Program-made: the position numbers and the translations under genes
Virus genome (UHGV): UHGV-1570171
Length of the DNA stretch: 16,425 bases
Reading direction: 5' to 3' (one strand)
DNA from: a virus
Part shown: in pieces, positions 9,183 to 16,425 of the stretch
Numbering within the stretch: position 1 is the stretch's first letter
How the letters are laid out: each line of letters opens with the position of its first letter
The notes under the pieces: generated by a model
Seen by the model: the letters and a program-made list of their open reading frames with translations, nothing else
The model's database searches: none
Told to the model about the DNA's origin: nothing

Positions 9183-10678
9183 TATGCAGACTCCTCTGAA
9201 TACTGAAGACGGAACTGGTTAACCACGGCAAAGACACGCAACTGGTTAACATAGTCAGGCGGGAACAGCGTGTTCAGGCGGTTCGGATCGCTGGCATCAC
9301 GCTCCACAACCAGGTACTGCTTAAACAGTTCGTAGTTTTCCACGATCCCCGCACGCTCAAGCTGACGGTAGGTTGCCAGCAGTTCCCCTTTGATCACCGC
9401 CGGGGTGACAATCGCCTGACCGGGACCAAAGCGGGTACCGTCACTGGCAAGCTTGTGACGCCCGTACTTACTGGTAATGACGGATTTCAGTTTGCGCAGT
9501 ACATACGCGCTGGTATGCAGCGTCTCACTGTCGAGGTAGCTGTTATCCGCAACCCCGTAAGCGTTTTTCCTGTACGTGGTGACATCACGCTGAATGCGCA
9601 GTACCCCACTTTCGACATACGCCGTTGCCACGCCATGAGACAGCAGGGTCTGTTGCTCGGTCATCGTGAACCGTTTCCCTTTCGGTGCAGGCAGCATACC
9701 CACCAGCTCACCGGTCTGCGTGGGACGTGCCGGATCGTTGCGAATAAACACCGCTGCGCGGGCGGTACGGCTTGCCGCCAGCTCGTCGGCTGGCGTCTGA
9801 GTGTCTTTTTCGTATCCCGCTAGGGTAATGTGCTGCTGGTTAAACTGGTCACCTGCGGTCACCAGTTCTGACAGCGTGCCGATCTTTGCCGTATACACAT
9901 GACCATACAACTGACGCGCATAGCTCCAGCGACCGCTGGTATCGTTCATCTCGGTCACCAGCGTGTTAACGGAGGCCGTGTCGTTGAACGGCAAGCCAAT
10001 ATAATCAAACGGCTCATCCGCCATTGCAGCCACCGCGCCGGTGAGAACCGGAGCGCCCGTTCCGGCGCTCCCCGTCGCCACGGCAATCTGTACGCCCGCT
10101 GGCAGCACTTCGCCCCCACCAAAGCCGTAGTAATTGAGGCTGACAGGAATTTCATTCCCGCAAAGCCCCTTATGACGCGCGGTCAGTGTGACCACGCCTG
10201 CCGAAGATGAGGCCGTAAACGGCAGGGCCGGAACGGCATTGATGGCATCTTTGATACTGCTGGCAATCGTCGTGACGTTATCGCCGTTGGTCACCGGTGC
10301 CTGCACGCGGGTACGTCCCACATAAACATTCACCGTGCCGGTTTCGGTTGCTGCTCCGGTCACCGTCAGCGTAACCGTTGCCGCCGCGCCTGTGGCTTCC
10401 GGAACGGCAATCACATACAGCTCGCCAAACGGGTCGGTCTGGCGATAAGCCTCGACCATACGCGCCAGCTGACTTCCCACACCACAAATCTGGCGTGCAT
10501 AGTCTGCCGACGGCATCAGCACCAGACTGTTGGCAACAATCTCTGCACCGTTATTGGCGTGACCAATCAGCAACGATGCCCCGCTGTCCTGTGCAGTATT
10601 CGCCGCCGAGTTATCCATTTCCGCATAAAACAGCGGAACCAGCGTATTCGACGGAATGGTGTTAAAGCTTATCGTCAT
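9182..10678 (-). CDS. contractile tail sheath protein (Mu gpL-like)
   Basis: 498-aa ORF with ATG at 10676-10678 and AAGGTGA about 8 nt upstream. Size and position immediately upstream of the tube gene match myovirus sheath proteins. Confidence 0.9.
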   Translation of the reverse strand: MTISFNTIPSNTLVPLFYAEMDNSAANTAQDSGASLLIGHANNGAEIVANSLVLMPSADYARQICGVGSQLARMVEAYRQTDPFGELYVIAVPEATGAAATVTLTVTGAATETGTVNVYVGRTRVQAPVTNGDNVTTIASSIKDAINAVPALPFTASSSAGVVTLTARHKGLCGNEIPVSLNYYGFGGGEVLPAGVQIAVATGSAGTGAPVLTGAVAAMADEPFDYIGLPFNDTASVNTLVTEMNDTSGRWSYARQLYGHVYTAKIGTLSELVTAGDQFNQQHITLAGYEKDTQTPADELAASRTARAAVFIRNDPARPTQTGELVGMLPAPKGKRFTMTEQQTLLSHGVATAYVESGVLRIQRDVTTYRKNAYGVADNSYLDSETLHTSAYVLRKLKSVITSKYGRHKLASDGTRFGPGQAIVTPAVIKGELLATYRQLERAGIVENYELFKQYLVVERDASDPNRLNTLFPPDYVNQLRVFAVVNQFRLQYSEESA

Positions 10679-10840
10679 CGGTGTTCACCTTTTTATTCAC
10701 GCGCCGGATATCACCCGCTGCTTCACGGCGCAGCCAGTAGTTGTTCTCGTCAACATTTCGCCCTTCGGTGGGCAAAAGGTCACCGCGGGCAGGGTCAGGC
10801 ACTGACCGCCCTTTAACAGGTTTCACAAACATGAAGATTC

Positions 10841-11401
10841 TCAGGAAGGAAGGGTTATTTCGGTGTGATGTTCGATATCGCCGTCAGGCCCGTTACCGGG
10901 ATCGAGATAATCAACATCAATCGCCAGCGTTCGCAGTTCATCCAGACTGTTCAGCTCATCCTGCTGGCGGGTATCGTCTTCGGTCAGCTCGCTGATGACC
11001 GAAAAATCGAACTGATAAATCAGCTCATGACGATTCAGATCCAGCAGCGTGCCGCCGTCATAGGTAATCGGGTTACCGCACGCTTCCGGGTTCCAGCCCA
11101 GCAGGGCCTTAAAGAGCATCTGCCGGACATCGTCCACCACATCATACGAGGCAAACTGACCGCGCTCATCACGCCAGTTACTCAGTATGACAACCACGGA
11201 GAAGCCCTCTTTCAGCTCCTGCCAGTAGTCGGTCTGGCTTTTGTTTTCTCCCGGAGAATCATCCCCCGGTACCACATATGCCGCCGGGAGTTTCAGCTTT
11301 CCGACCTCCGGCAGATTTTTGAACTGGGCCGCGCCTGCCACCCGGTTTTCAAAATACGGGCAGCGGGCACGCAGCGCAGCAATAACAGGCGTCAGTTTCA
11401 T
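10841..11401 (-). CDS. putative tail terminator / neck protein (hypothetical; function inferred from position)
   Basis: 186-aa ORF with ATG at 11399-11401, AAGGA 8 nt upstream, and ATGA overlap with the gp10-like gene. Lies between head-completion genes and sheath. Balanced composition, unlike the antisense ORF 10865-11470. Confidence 0.5.
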   Translation of the reverse strand: MKLTPVIAALRARCPYFENRVAGAAQFKNLPEVGKLKLPAAYVVPGDDSPGENKSQTDYWQELKEGFSVVVILSNWRDERGQFASYDVVDDVRQMLFKALLGWNPEACGNPITYDGGTLLDLNRHELIYQFDFSVISELTEDDTRQQDELNSLDELRTLAIDVDYLDPGNGPDGDIEHHTEITLPS

Positions 11402-11949
11402 GTTTTTTTCCTTCTTACAGGACGTAATGACCGCTGTAACTCACGGGACAGTAACTTTTGTGTCCAGTAACGACGCTGGTCGATGACATCAGCCATAAAG
11501 TTATTACGTGGTGCCAGCCGCCAGCGGGATGAATGCTGCTTTTTCTGGCGCTTATCCTTTTTGCTCATCCCGTATGCGGCATGACGCACACCGTAATACA
11601 GAAACGCCGGATAATACGCAGAACCTTCAGGAAAACGCCGGTTACCCTGCCCGTTTTTCTGGTTAGGGGAAATCCTGACCATCAGGCCAGAACGACGGGA
11701 GCTTTTACGGGGGACGTAATAACCTATAGAACGCGCAAGTCGTCCGGTCTGATAGCCGGGGTTTTCACCTGGAGCAGACCGACCACGTCGCATCACCAGC
11801 CGCCGGGCATCACGCATATAGACACGCCCGATTTGAACAAATGCCCTTCGGAGCCTGGCACGATTAAACTCCATCTCCTCCGGTTGTTTGAAATCAACGT
11901 GTAAAAATGCTGTCTGCTCCACTGCGTCCTCCCATTTGTTCTTCGGCAC
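11398..11949 (-). CDS. HK97 gp10-family protein (tail completion / neck component)
   Basis: Very basic ORF containing ...SAYYPAFLYYGV..., similar to the YAxxVEfG region of HK97 gp10-family proteins. Start is uncertain: GTG at 11949 overlaps the upstream gene by 56 nt; ATG at 11874 is preceded by GGAGGAG but with a very short spacer. Confidence 0.6.
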   Translation of the reverse strand: MPKNKWEDAVEQTAFLHVDFKQPEEMEFNRARLRRAFVQIGRVYMRDARRLVMRRGRSAPGENPGYQTGRLARSIGYYVPRKSSRRSGLMVRISPNQKNGQGNRRFPEGSAYYPAFLYYGVRHAAYGMSKKDKRQKKQHSSRWRLAPRNNFMADVIDQRRYWTQKLLSRELQRSLRPVRRKKT

Positions 11950-12304
11950 CCAGTTCCGTACACTCCAGCAGCAGAAAGCGCCGCGCCCCGTTCAGATCGC
12001 GCTGACGTTTCACCCGGTACACACTGTCATCACAGACCACCTCATAATCAGCAGTGATCCCCCGGCGGTAGCGAATGGTGATGTAATGGGTGATGGCGTC
12101 TCCGGTCTGCGCGGTTTCCTGCCAGGTGGTGGCACTGGTCTGGATAACCCTCGCCCATGTCCGGAACATAACCGGGTATTGAGGCTCCACGCCAAAGTTA
12201 TCCGCGGGCATATCCACCCGCTGGCGGATCAGGACGCGTTTATTCAGTTCACCGGGGTCCGGCAGGATGTAGGTTGCGCTGGTCTGCGCCTGACGAATTT
12301 TCAT
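11894..12304 (-). CDS. head-tail adaptor / head closure protein
   Basis: 136-aa ORF; ATG at 12302-12304 overlaps the connector TGA (ATGA). Motif ITHYITIRYRRGITADYEV...RRFLLLECTELG resembles head-tail joining proteins. Confidence 0.75.
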   Translation of the reverse strand: MKIRQAQTSATYILPDPGELNKRVLIRQRVDMPADNFGVEPQYPVMFRTWARVIQTSATTWQETAQTGDAITHYITIRYRRGITADYEVVCDDSVYRVKRQRDLNGARRFLLLECTELGAEEQMGGRSGADSIFTR

Positions 12305-12624
12305 TGCGGAAAGTACCTGTACGGGCCGACAAGCCAGCCAAAACTCTGCGGCATGTCGAGTTTCTCCACTTCCGTAACCGACGAGCGGTTTTCGTAAAAA
12401 TGGCTGATAAGCATCAGCATCCCCAGGCGAATATCATCCGGCAGGTGCAGTCCGTCCGGATCGCTGTCCGGAATGGTTTCATCCGGTGCATAGAGCTTCC
12501 GGTTCAGATACGTTTCCGTCCGCTTTTGCGCCGCACAGGCCAGCAGTTGCAGATGGCGGTCATCAGCATCGAAATCCTCATCCAGCCGGAGTTGGGCTTT
12601 AATCTCTTCCATTGTCAGAAGCAT
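12301..12624 (-). CDS. head-tail connector protein (gp6-like DNA packaging/connector family)
   Basis: 107-aa ORF with ATG at 12622-12624 and AGAGGG upstream. N-terminus MLLTMEEIKAQLRLDEDFDADD is typical of gp6-like connectors. Lies downstream of the capsid gene. Confidence 0.75.
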   Translation of the reverse strand: MLLTMEEIKAQLRLDEDFDADDRHLQLLACAAQKRTETYLNRKLYAPDETIPDSDPDGLHLPDDIRLGMLMLISHFYENRSSVTEVEKLDMPQSFGWLVGPYRYFPQ

Positions 12625-12626
12625 AC

Positions 12627-12827
12627 TCAGCCCTCTTTACTGGCCGTGGCTTTTTTCTCTTTTGCCGCTTTACTGCTTTTTGCACTGGTTCCGCGCTCTG
12701 CTAAACCGGCCTGAAGTGCAATCTCCTGCACCCGGGCAGGAAGCGCCCCGTCGTCATACTCACCGGCCCGAATGACCTCAACACGCATACCGTCCGGTGA
12801 CCATTTCAGATCTTGTTTCAGGATCAT
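12627..12827 (-). CDS. hypothetical small protein (66 aa) between major capsid and connector genes
   Basis: ATG at 12825-12827 with a weak GGTGAAGA upstream. Lys/Ala-rich charged C-terminal tail (SAKSSKAAKEKKATASKEG). No family recognised; coding status is moderately supported by the tight fit to neighbouring genes. Confidence 0.5.
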   Translation of the reverse strand: MILKQDLKWSPDGMRVEVIRAGEYDDGALPARVQEIALQAGLAERGTSAKSSKAAKEKKATASKEG

Positions 12828-12848
12828 GATTCTTCACCCGTCAGAACA

Positions 12849-12869
12849 GGGGGCGCGGTTCCGCGCCCC
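12849..12869 (-). terminator. GC-rich stem-loop just downstream of the major capsid gene (possible partial terminator or attenuator)
   Basis: Plus strand gggggcgcgg tt ccgcgcccc forms a 9-bp G/C stem with a 2-nt loop, 8 nt after the capsid stop. The downstream U-tract on the transcribed strand is weak (CUGUUCUG). Confidence 0.35.
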
Positions 12870-12876
12870 TGAGTGA

Positions 12877-14082
12877 TTACGCCGCTGCAATCTTCAGCAG
12901 TTTGATGGCCTGCGAATCGACCAGCATCCCGCCGGTGCGCTTGGTGGTATAAAAACCGACAAACGGTTTATTGGTGTACGGGTCACGCAGAATGCGGGTG
13001 CCGATACGGTCAACGATGGTGTAACCCCGTTTGAAGTTACCAAATGCAATGGCTTTCGCATCAGCAGCGATATCCGGCATCTGTTCGTTTTCAGCGATAC
13101 CGTAACCCGCCAGAGAGGACGGCTGCCCCAGTTCCAGCCCCGGACGCCACAGATAGTTACCCTCGCTGTCTTTAAGCAGACGGATGGCAAACAGGCTGTT
13201 GTTGTTCATCATGAACTTCGCGCCAGTGCGGTGTGCCTTACGCAGCGTGTAAATCAGTTTGATAATGGCGTCTGCGGTCACCGCCGTCGCTTCGCCGGAT
13301 ACAATATGCTGAAGTTTGCCGAACGCCCGGACCTTATCGGTTTCATCAGTGGATTCATACGCCAAGAACCCTTTCGGCTTCTTGGTACCATCGCCGGTGG
13401 TAAAGGCAATTTCTTCCTGTTCGGCAAATTCGGTCGCCAGCTCGCTGTTGATCCAGGCCTCCACGTTGAAGAAGGCATCATCCAGCATTTTCTGGGTGGC
13501 CTGCGGGTTACCGTAGATTTCCCCCATGAAAGGTTCAATCAGTCCCAGTCTGGAGGTGGCAGTCTGGGAGCGCGCGTCAGTCTCGCCCACCCATCCGGAA
13601 GCCGTGCCGCCCAGATTCACCAGTTTTTTGTAGTCGGAACCGCCAACGGTGATCACCGTGGCTTCCTGGCGCATCACCACTTCATCTTTCAGCAGGGTGA
13701 GAATGTTGCGATCCAGCGCTTCCGGCACGGCATAGCCACCGTCTTCATCGGTGCCCACCTGCAATGCCTTACGCTCCAGATCGCGCAGACCATCTTCACG
13801 GCCTTTACGCAAAAAGCCCACAAACGCTTCTTTATGCTCGGTGGCCAGTTTATTTTGCGCGCCACCTGCCGGACGTTTCAGCTCAAGCAGCTCTTTTTCA
13901 AGGTCGCTTTTGAGATTTTCCAGCTCGCTGAGTTTTCCGTTCAGGGTTTCCACCTGCCCGGCAAGTTTGCCTTTTTCCTGCTCAATCGCATCCACGCGCT
14001 TGTCGTTCTTTGCTTTGAAGTCGTCAAACTTCTGCTGCAGTTCCTGCGCGACCTGTTCGACATCTTTAATATCTACCGCCAT
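12877..14082 (-). CDS. major capsid protein, HK97 family
   Basis: 401-aa ORF with ATG at 14080-14082 and AGGAGA 7 nt upstream. N-terminal coiled-coil-like delta region (KLSELENLKSDLEKELLELK) followed by a capsid body, as in HK97 gp5-type capsid proteins. Follows the prohead protease. Confidence 0.9.
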   Translation of the reverse strand: MAVDIKDVEQVAQELQQKFDDFKAKNDKRVDAIEQEKGKLAGQVETLNGKLSELENLKSDLEKELLELKRPAGGAQNKLATEHKEAFVGFLRKGREDGLRDLERKALQVGTDEDGGYAVPEALDRNILTLLKDEVVMRQEATVITVGGSDYKKLVNLGGTASGWVGETDARSQTATSRLGLIEPFMGEIYGNPQATQKMLDDAFFNVEAWINSELATEFAEQEEIAFTTGDGTKKPKGFLAYESTDETDKVRAFGKLQHIVSGEATAVTADAIIKLIYTLRKAHRTGAKFMMNNNSLFAIRLLKDSEGNYLWRPGLELGQPSSLAGYGIAENEQMPDIAADAKAIAFGNFKRGYTIVDRIGTRILRDPYTNKPFVGFYTTKRTGGMLVDSQAIKLLKIAAA

Positions 14083-14096
14083 CGTATTTCTCCTGA

Positions 14097-14747
14097 TTAG
14101 AAGTTCAGATTTTTCAGTGCATTCAGTGCAGAGCTCACATCCTCAGCGTCGCGCAGGGACAGTGCGCTATAGCCCCCGGCCATGAATGCTTTGGCCTGGG
14201 TACGGGAGAGTCCGGCATCACGCAGGACTCTTTCGATTTTTTTCTGTTCGGGGATTTCCCCGCGGGCCAGTGCGTTCTTGACGTCGCTGATCCGCGCCTC
14301 GTCGTTAGACGGGAACGTCACCAGGCTGACTTCCCAGAGGTCGATTTCTTTCAGCAGAAAGGCTTCTTTGCTCCGGTCGTATTCCCAGTCTTTCAGGACG
14401 TACCCAATAGAAAGGCCGGTTAACGAACCGGCCTTCATGTGTGCATGTGCGCGTTTTGCGAGGGGATCATCATCAATGAGCAACCGTCCCCTGATGTAAA
14501 GCCCGACATCGTCTTCCTTCATTTCGGTGTAAACACCGATGGGTTCATCCATGCGGTGCTGCCAGAGCAGCGCAGGTAACGTTTTTCTGTCACTCCACGC
14601 CCGCAGGGAAGCAGCAAATGCCCCGGACATCACCACATCATCGTGGCTGTCCTTTACACCAAAGACGGAGCCATACCCTTCAAACTCACCGGAGTCACTG
14701 ACAGATTTCAGACTCAGCGGTACATCAAGACGTTGTTTCGTCTGCAT
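14097..14747 (-). CDS. prohead maturation protease, HK97 family
   Basis: Sequence beginning MQTKQRLDVPLSLKSVSDSGEFEGYGSVFGVKDSHDDVVMSGAFAASL matches HK97-type prohead proteases. Preferred start is ATG at 14747 (AAGGA about 9 nt upstream, no overlap with portal); the ORF track start at 14783 lacks an RBS. Confidence 0.85.
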   Translation of the reverse strand: MQTKQRLDVPLSLKSVSDSGEFEGYGSVFGVKDSHDDVVMSGAFAASLRAWSDRKTLPALLWQHRMDEPIGVYTEMKEDDVGLYIRGRLLIDDDPLAKRAHAHMKAGSLTGLSIGYVLKDWEYDRSKEAFLLKEIDLWEVSLVTFPSNDEARISDVKNALARGEIPEQKKIERVLRDAGLSRTQAKAFMAGGYSALSLRDAEDVSSALNALKNLNF

Positions 14748-15966
14748 TGGCGTTATCCTTCTGCTTACCGGCTTTACTACCATCGGAGGGTTTCGTGGTC
14801 ATGTTCATCGGTGTGAGATAGACATCACCACCGGGACGCGGATTCATATCTTCCAGGTCGCGGCAGTCATTGGGAGAGTAAATTCCCCAGTTGATCCCGG
14901 TGGCGTAGGCTTCAAAACGGGACTTCATATCCCCGCGCAGTAACGCCCCGGCGTTAAATTTGGCGTAATAAACGCCCTGCTTACTTTTTCGTACCAGTCC
15001 GGTGTTGATCCGCTGCTCAATACGGGTCAGATACGGCACCAGTGAATAGTTGATAAATCCCAGCCCCAGCTCTTCGATATTGTTGAAGGTGGCGCGATCG
15101 GTGTTCTGCACCATGTGCAAGGGCACACGGAACAGACGACAGATTTCTTCAAGCTGAAACTTGCGGGTTTCCAGGAACTGGCTGTCCTCGGCGTTCAGCG
15201 CCATCGACTTCCAGTCCAGCCCCATCTCAAGGATCATCGGGCGGTGAGCATTACCAAGCCCGGTGTGACGCTCCTCAAAATCTTTCTTCAGGCGCTCGTA
15301 AGCCTGATCTGACAGCGTCTGCTCTGTACGCAACACACCCGACGTCGCCGCGCCATTGCTGAACAGTCTGGCCCCGTGCTCTTCGGTCGCTGCCGCCAGC
15401 GATATTGCCTCGCGGGCATAGGCGATGGGATTCAGCCCCACCAGTCCGTCCAGCGTCAGCGTGCGCACATGCCAGATATCCTCCTGGCTCAGTACATCCG
15501 TGGAGCCATCCGGGAATGTGACCTGATAGACCGGCTCCCAGCTACTGTTAAGCTTCGGTACCACACAGCCGGGATCGACGGGCAGCAGTTCAGCCACTTC
15601 GCCAAATGCTTTCACTTTGTAGGCGTAAAAGTTTCCCCGCAGGCACAGACAGGTGACCACCAGCTCCCAGAACTCCTGCGGCGTCATATAGCCATTGGGA
15701 TGCGTGGAGATCAGCTTATGCAGACGTTCGCCAGTGGCTCTCTGCTTCAGGCTGCCGTTCAGGTGATACAGGTTGCAGGGCAACATCCCGACCGACTCCG
15801 CCAGCACCCTGACACAGGAAAAAACCGCCGTCAGTCGCATGGCCCGCTGGCTGCTGATCTGCTTTCCGGTATAGGTGTCGTAGGACAACCCGATAGCATC
15901 CGCCAGCTCTGCTGGCGTGGTCACCGGTGCGTCACTTTTTCGTTGAAATAATCCCGAAAAGAACAC
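14725..15966 (-). CDS. portal protein, HK97 family
   Basis: 413-aa ORF with GTG start at 15964-15966 and a strong GGAGGT 6 nt upstream. Contains ...AMRLTAVFSCVRVLAESVGMLP..., typical of HK97-family portals. Sits between terminase and protease. Confidence 0.9.
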   Translation of the reverse strand: MFFSGLFQRKSDAPVTTPAELADAIGLSYDTYTGKQISSQRAMRLTAVFSCVRVLAESVGMLPCNLYHLNGSLKQRATGERLHKLISTHPNGYMTPQEFWELVVTCLCLRGNFYAYKVKAFGEVAELLPVDPGCVVPKLNSSWEPVYQVTFPDGSTDVLSQEDIWHVRTLTLDGLVGLNPIAYAREAISLAAATEEHGARLFSNGAATSGVLRTEQTLSDQAYERLKKDFEERHTGLGNAHRPMILEMGLDWKSMALNAEDSQFLETRKFQLEEICRLFRVPLHMVQNTDRATFNNIEELGLGFINYSLVPYLTRIEQRINTGLVRKSKQGVYYAKFNAGALLRGDMKSRFEAYATGINWGIYSPNDCRDLEDMNPRPGGDVYLTPMNMTTKPSDGSKAGKQKDNANADETTS

Positions 15967-16148
15967 TATTTACCTCCGCCGACAGACGACTGTGTACGGT
16001 CGAGATATCGCGCCACCAGCCCCGACCAGAACAGGCACAACGCCCCGGCAACAACAAACCCCGCCGGGGGATAAATCAGCCAGGCACCATACGCCAGCAA
16101 AAGCGCCCCCAGCACGCCCACCAGAGGCGCGAGAATCAGCATGATCAT
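15966..16148 (-). CDS. hypothetical small membrane protein (60 aa, two predicted TM helices)
   Basis: ATG at 16146-16148 with GAGGT upstream; TAG stop overlaps the portal GTG by 1 nt. Sequence is strongly hydrophobic ([48 protein letters not shown]). Confidence 0.5.
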   Translation of the reverse strand: MIMLILAPLVGVLGALLLAYGAWLIYPPAGFVVAGALCLFWSGLVARYLDRTQSSVGGGK

Positions 16149-16159
16149 AATTACCTCAG

Positions 16160-16425
16160 TTAAAGCGAGCGGATCCCATAGGACTCAATGTGGTCAGACA
16201 GCGTGTCTTCTTTCTCGTACAGCATGGCTCTGCCAACCGCCATAATCAGCGCAACTGCACCATCGATTTTGTTTTCCGCCTGCTCTTTGACGGGCTTCAC
16301 CACATCATCGTTACCCGGAATGGTTTTGCCGACCACGTTGCCGATACACCAAGTCATGATGGGATTGCCATCATGATGAAAGCGCCCCGATTCAATTGCC
16401 GCTTCCAGCTCTTTCATCGGGTCGG
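16160..16425 (-). CDS. terminase large subunit, C-terminal part (partial; continues beyond the right edge)
   Basis: Frame is open to the window end. C-terminus ...[47 protein letters not shown]... matches the conserved end of Terminase_1-type large subunits. Lies upstream of the portal. Confidence 0.8.
   Translation of the reverse strand, partial: DPMKELEAAIESGRFHHDGNPIMTWCIGNVVGKTIPGNDDVVKPVKEQAENKIDGAVALIMAVGRAMLYEKEDTLSDHIESYGIRSL

Noticed and set aside
10663-10832. 56-codon minus-strand ORF running through the gap upstream of the sheath gene
   Set aside because: No Shine-Dalgarno sequence upstream of its ATG (CCTTCC context), and it terminates out of frame inside the sheath start region. 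The region is more likely non-coding or regulatory.
10865-11470. 201-aa plus-strand ORF
   Set aside because: Antisense to the 186-aa minus-strand gene, which has an RBS and ATGA coupling to its neighbour. The plus-strand translation is compositionally odd and does not fit the operon.
13231-14100. 289-aa plus-strand ORF
   Set aside because: Entirely antisense to the well-supported HK97-family major capsid gene. Low-complexity Arg/Phe/Leu-rich translation with no RBS context; long antisense ORFs are expected at this GC content.
14748-14783. Upstream ATG (14783) as the prohead protease start
   Set aside because: No RBS upstream, and it would overlap the portal gene by 59 nt. The ATG at 14747 has an AAGGA RBS and removes the overlap.
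15376-15951. 191-aa plus-strand ORF (and other plus-strand ORFs such as 7493-7918, 3076-3534, 1201-1647, 11888-12397, 12274-12714)
   Set aside because: All lie antisense within confidently assigned minus-strand structural genes. They are Arg/Pro/His-rich and are treated as chance frames; the plus-strand ORF 8-199 is likewise antisense to tfa, in a different frame from the 1-45 candidate.
1-16425. tRNA, rRNA, CRISPR array, integrase, attachment site, toxin-antitoxin or defence cassette
   Set aside because: No repeat-spacer periodicity, no cloverleaf-like conserved tRNA features and no plus-strand gene islands were seen. The window is coding-dense with collinear structural genes; such elements may exist in the flanks but not here.

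Overview
The window is a tightly packed late (virion morphogenesis) operon of a tailed phage or prophage, with every convincing gene on the minus strand. Reading in the direction of transcription (high to low coordinates): terminase large subunit C-terminus (truncated at the right edge), a small membrane ORF, HK97-family portal, prohead protease and major capsid protein, a hairpin, a small ORF, head-tail connector, head closure protein, an HK97 gp10-like protein, a putative tail terminator, then a Mu-type contractile tail module (sheath, tube, chaperone with an apparent -1 frameshift extension, tape measure, Mu gp43- to gp48-like baseplate proteins), a collar-domain tail fibre and a tail-fibre assembly protein. 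This HK97-head plus Mu-tail mosaic is the architecture known from Shigella phage SfV and the E. coli e14 remnant, so an enterobacterial host is likely. The most notable signal is a 26-bp hix/gix-like invertase crossover site inside the tail-fibre gene, together with the 3' end of a convergent second tfa at the left edge, which points to a Gin/Pin-type invertible host-range segment whose other half and invertase lie left of the window. I found no tRNA, rRNA, CRISPR array, integrase or att site, and no clearly novel non-structural system. All family assignments are from reading the translations against remembered family motifs; no database search was run.
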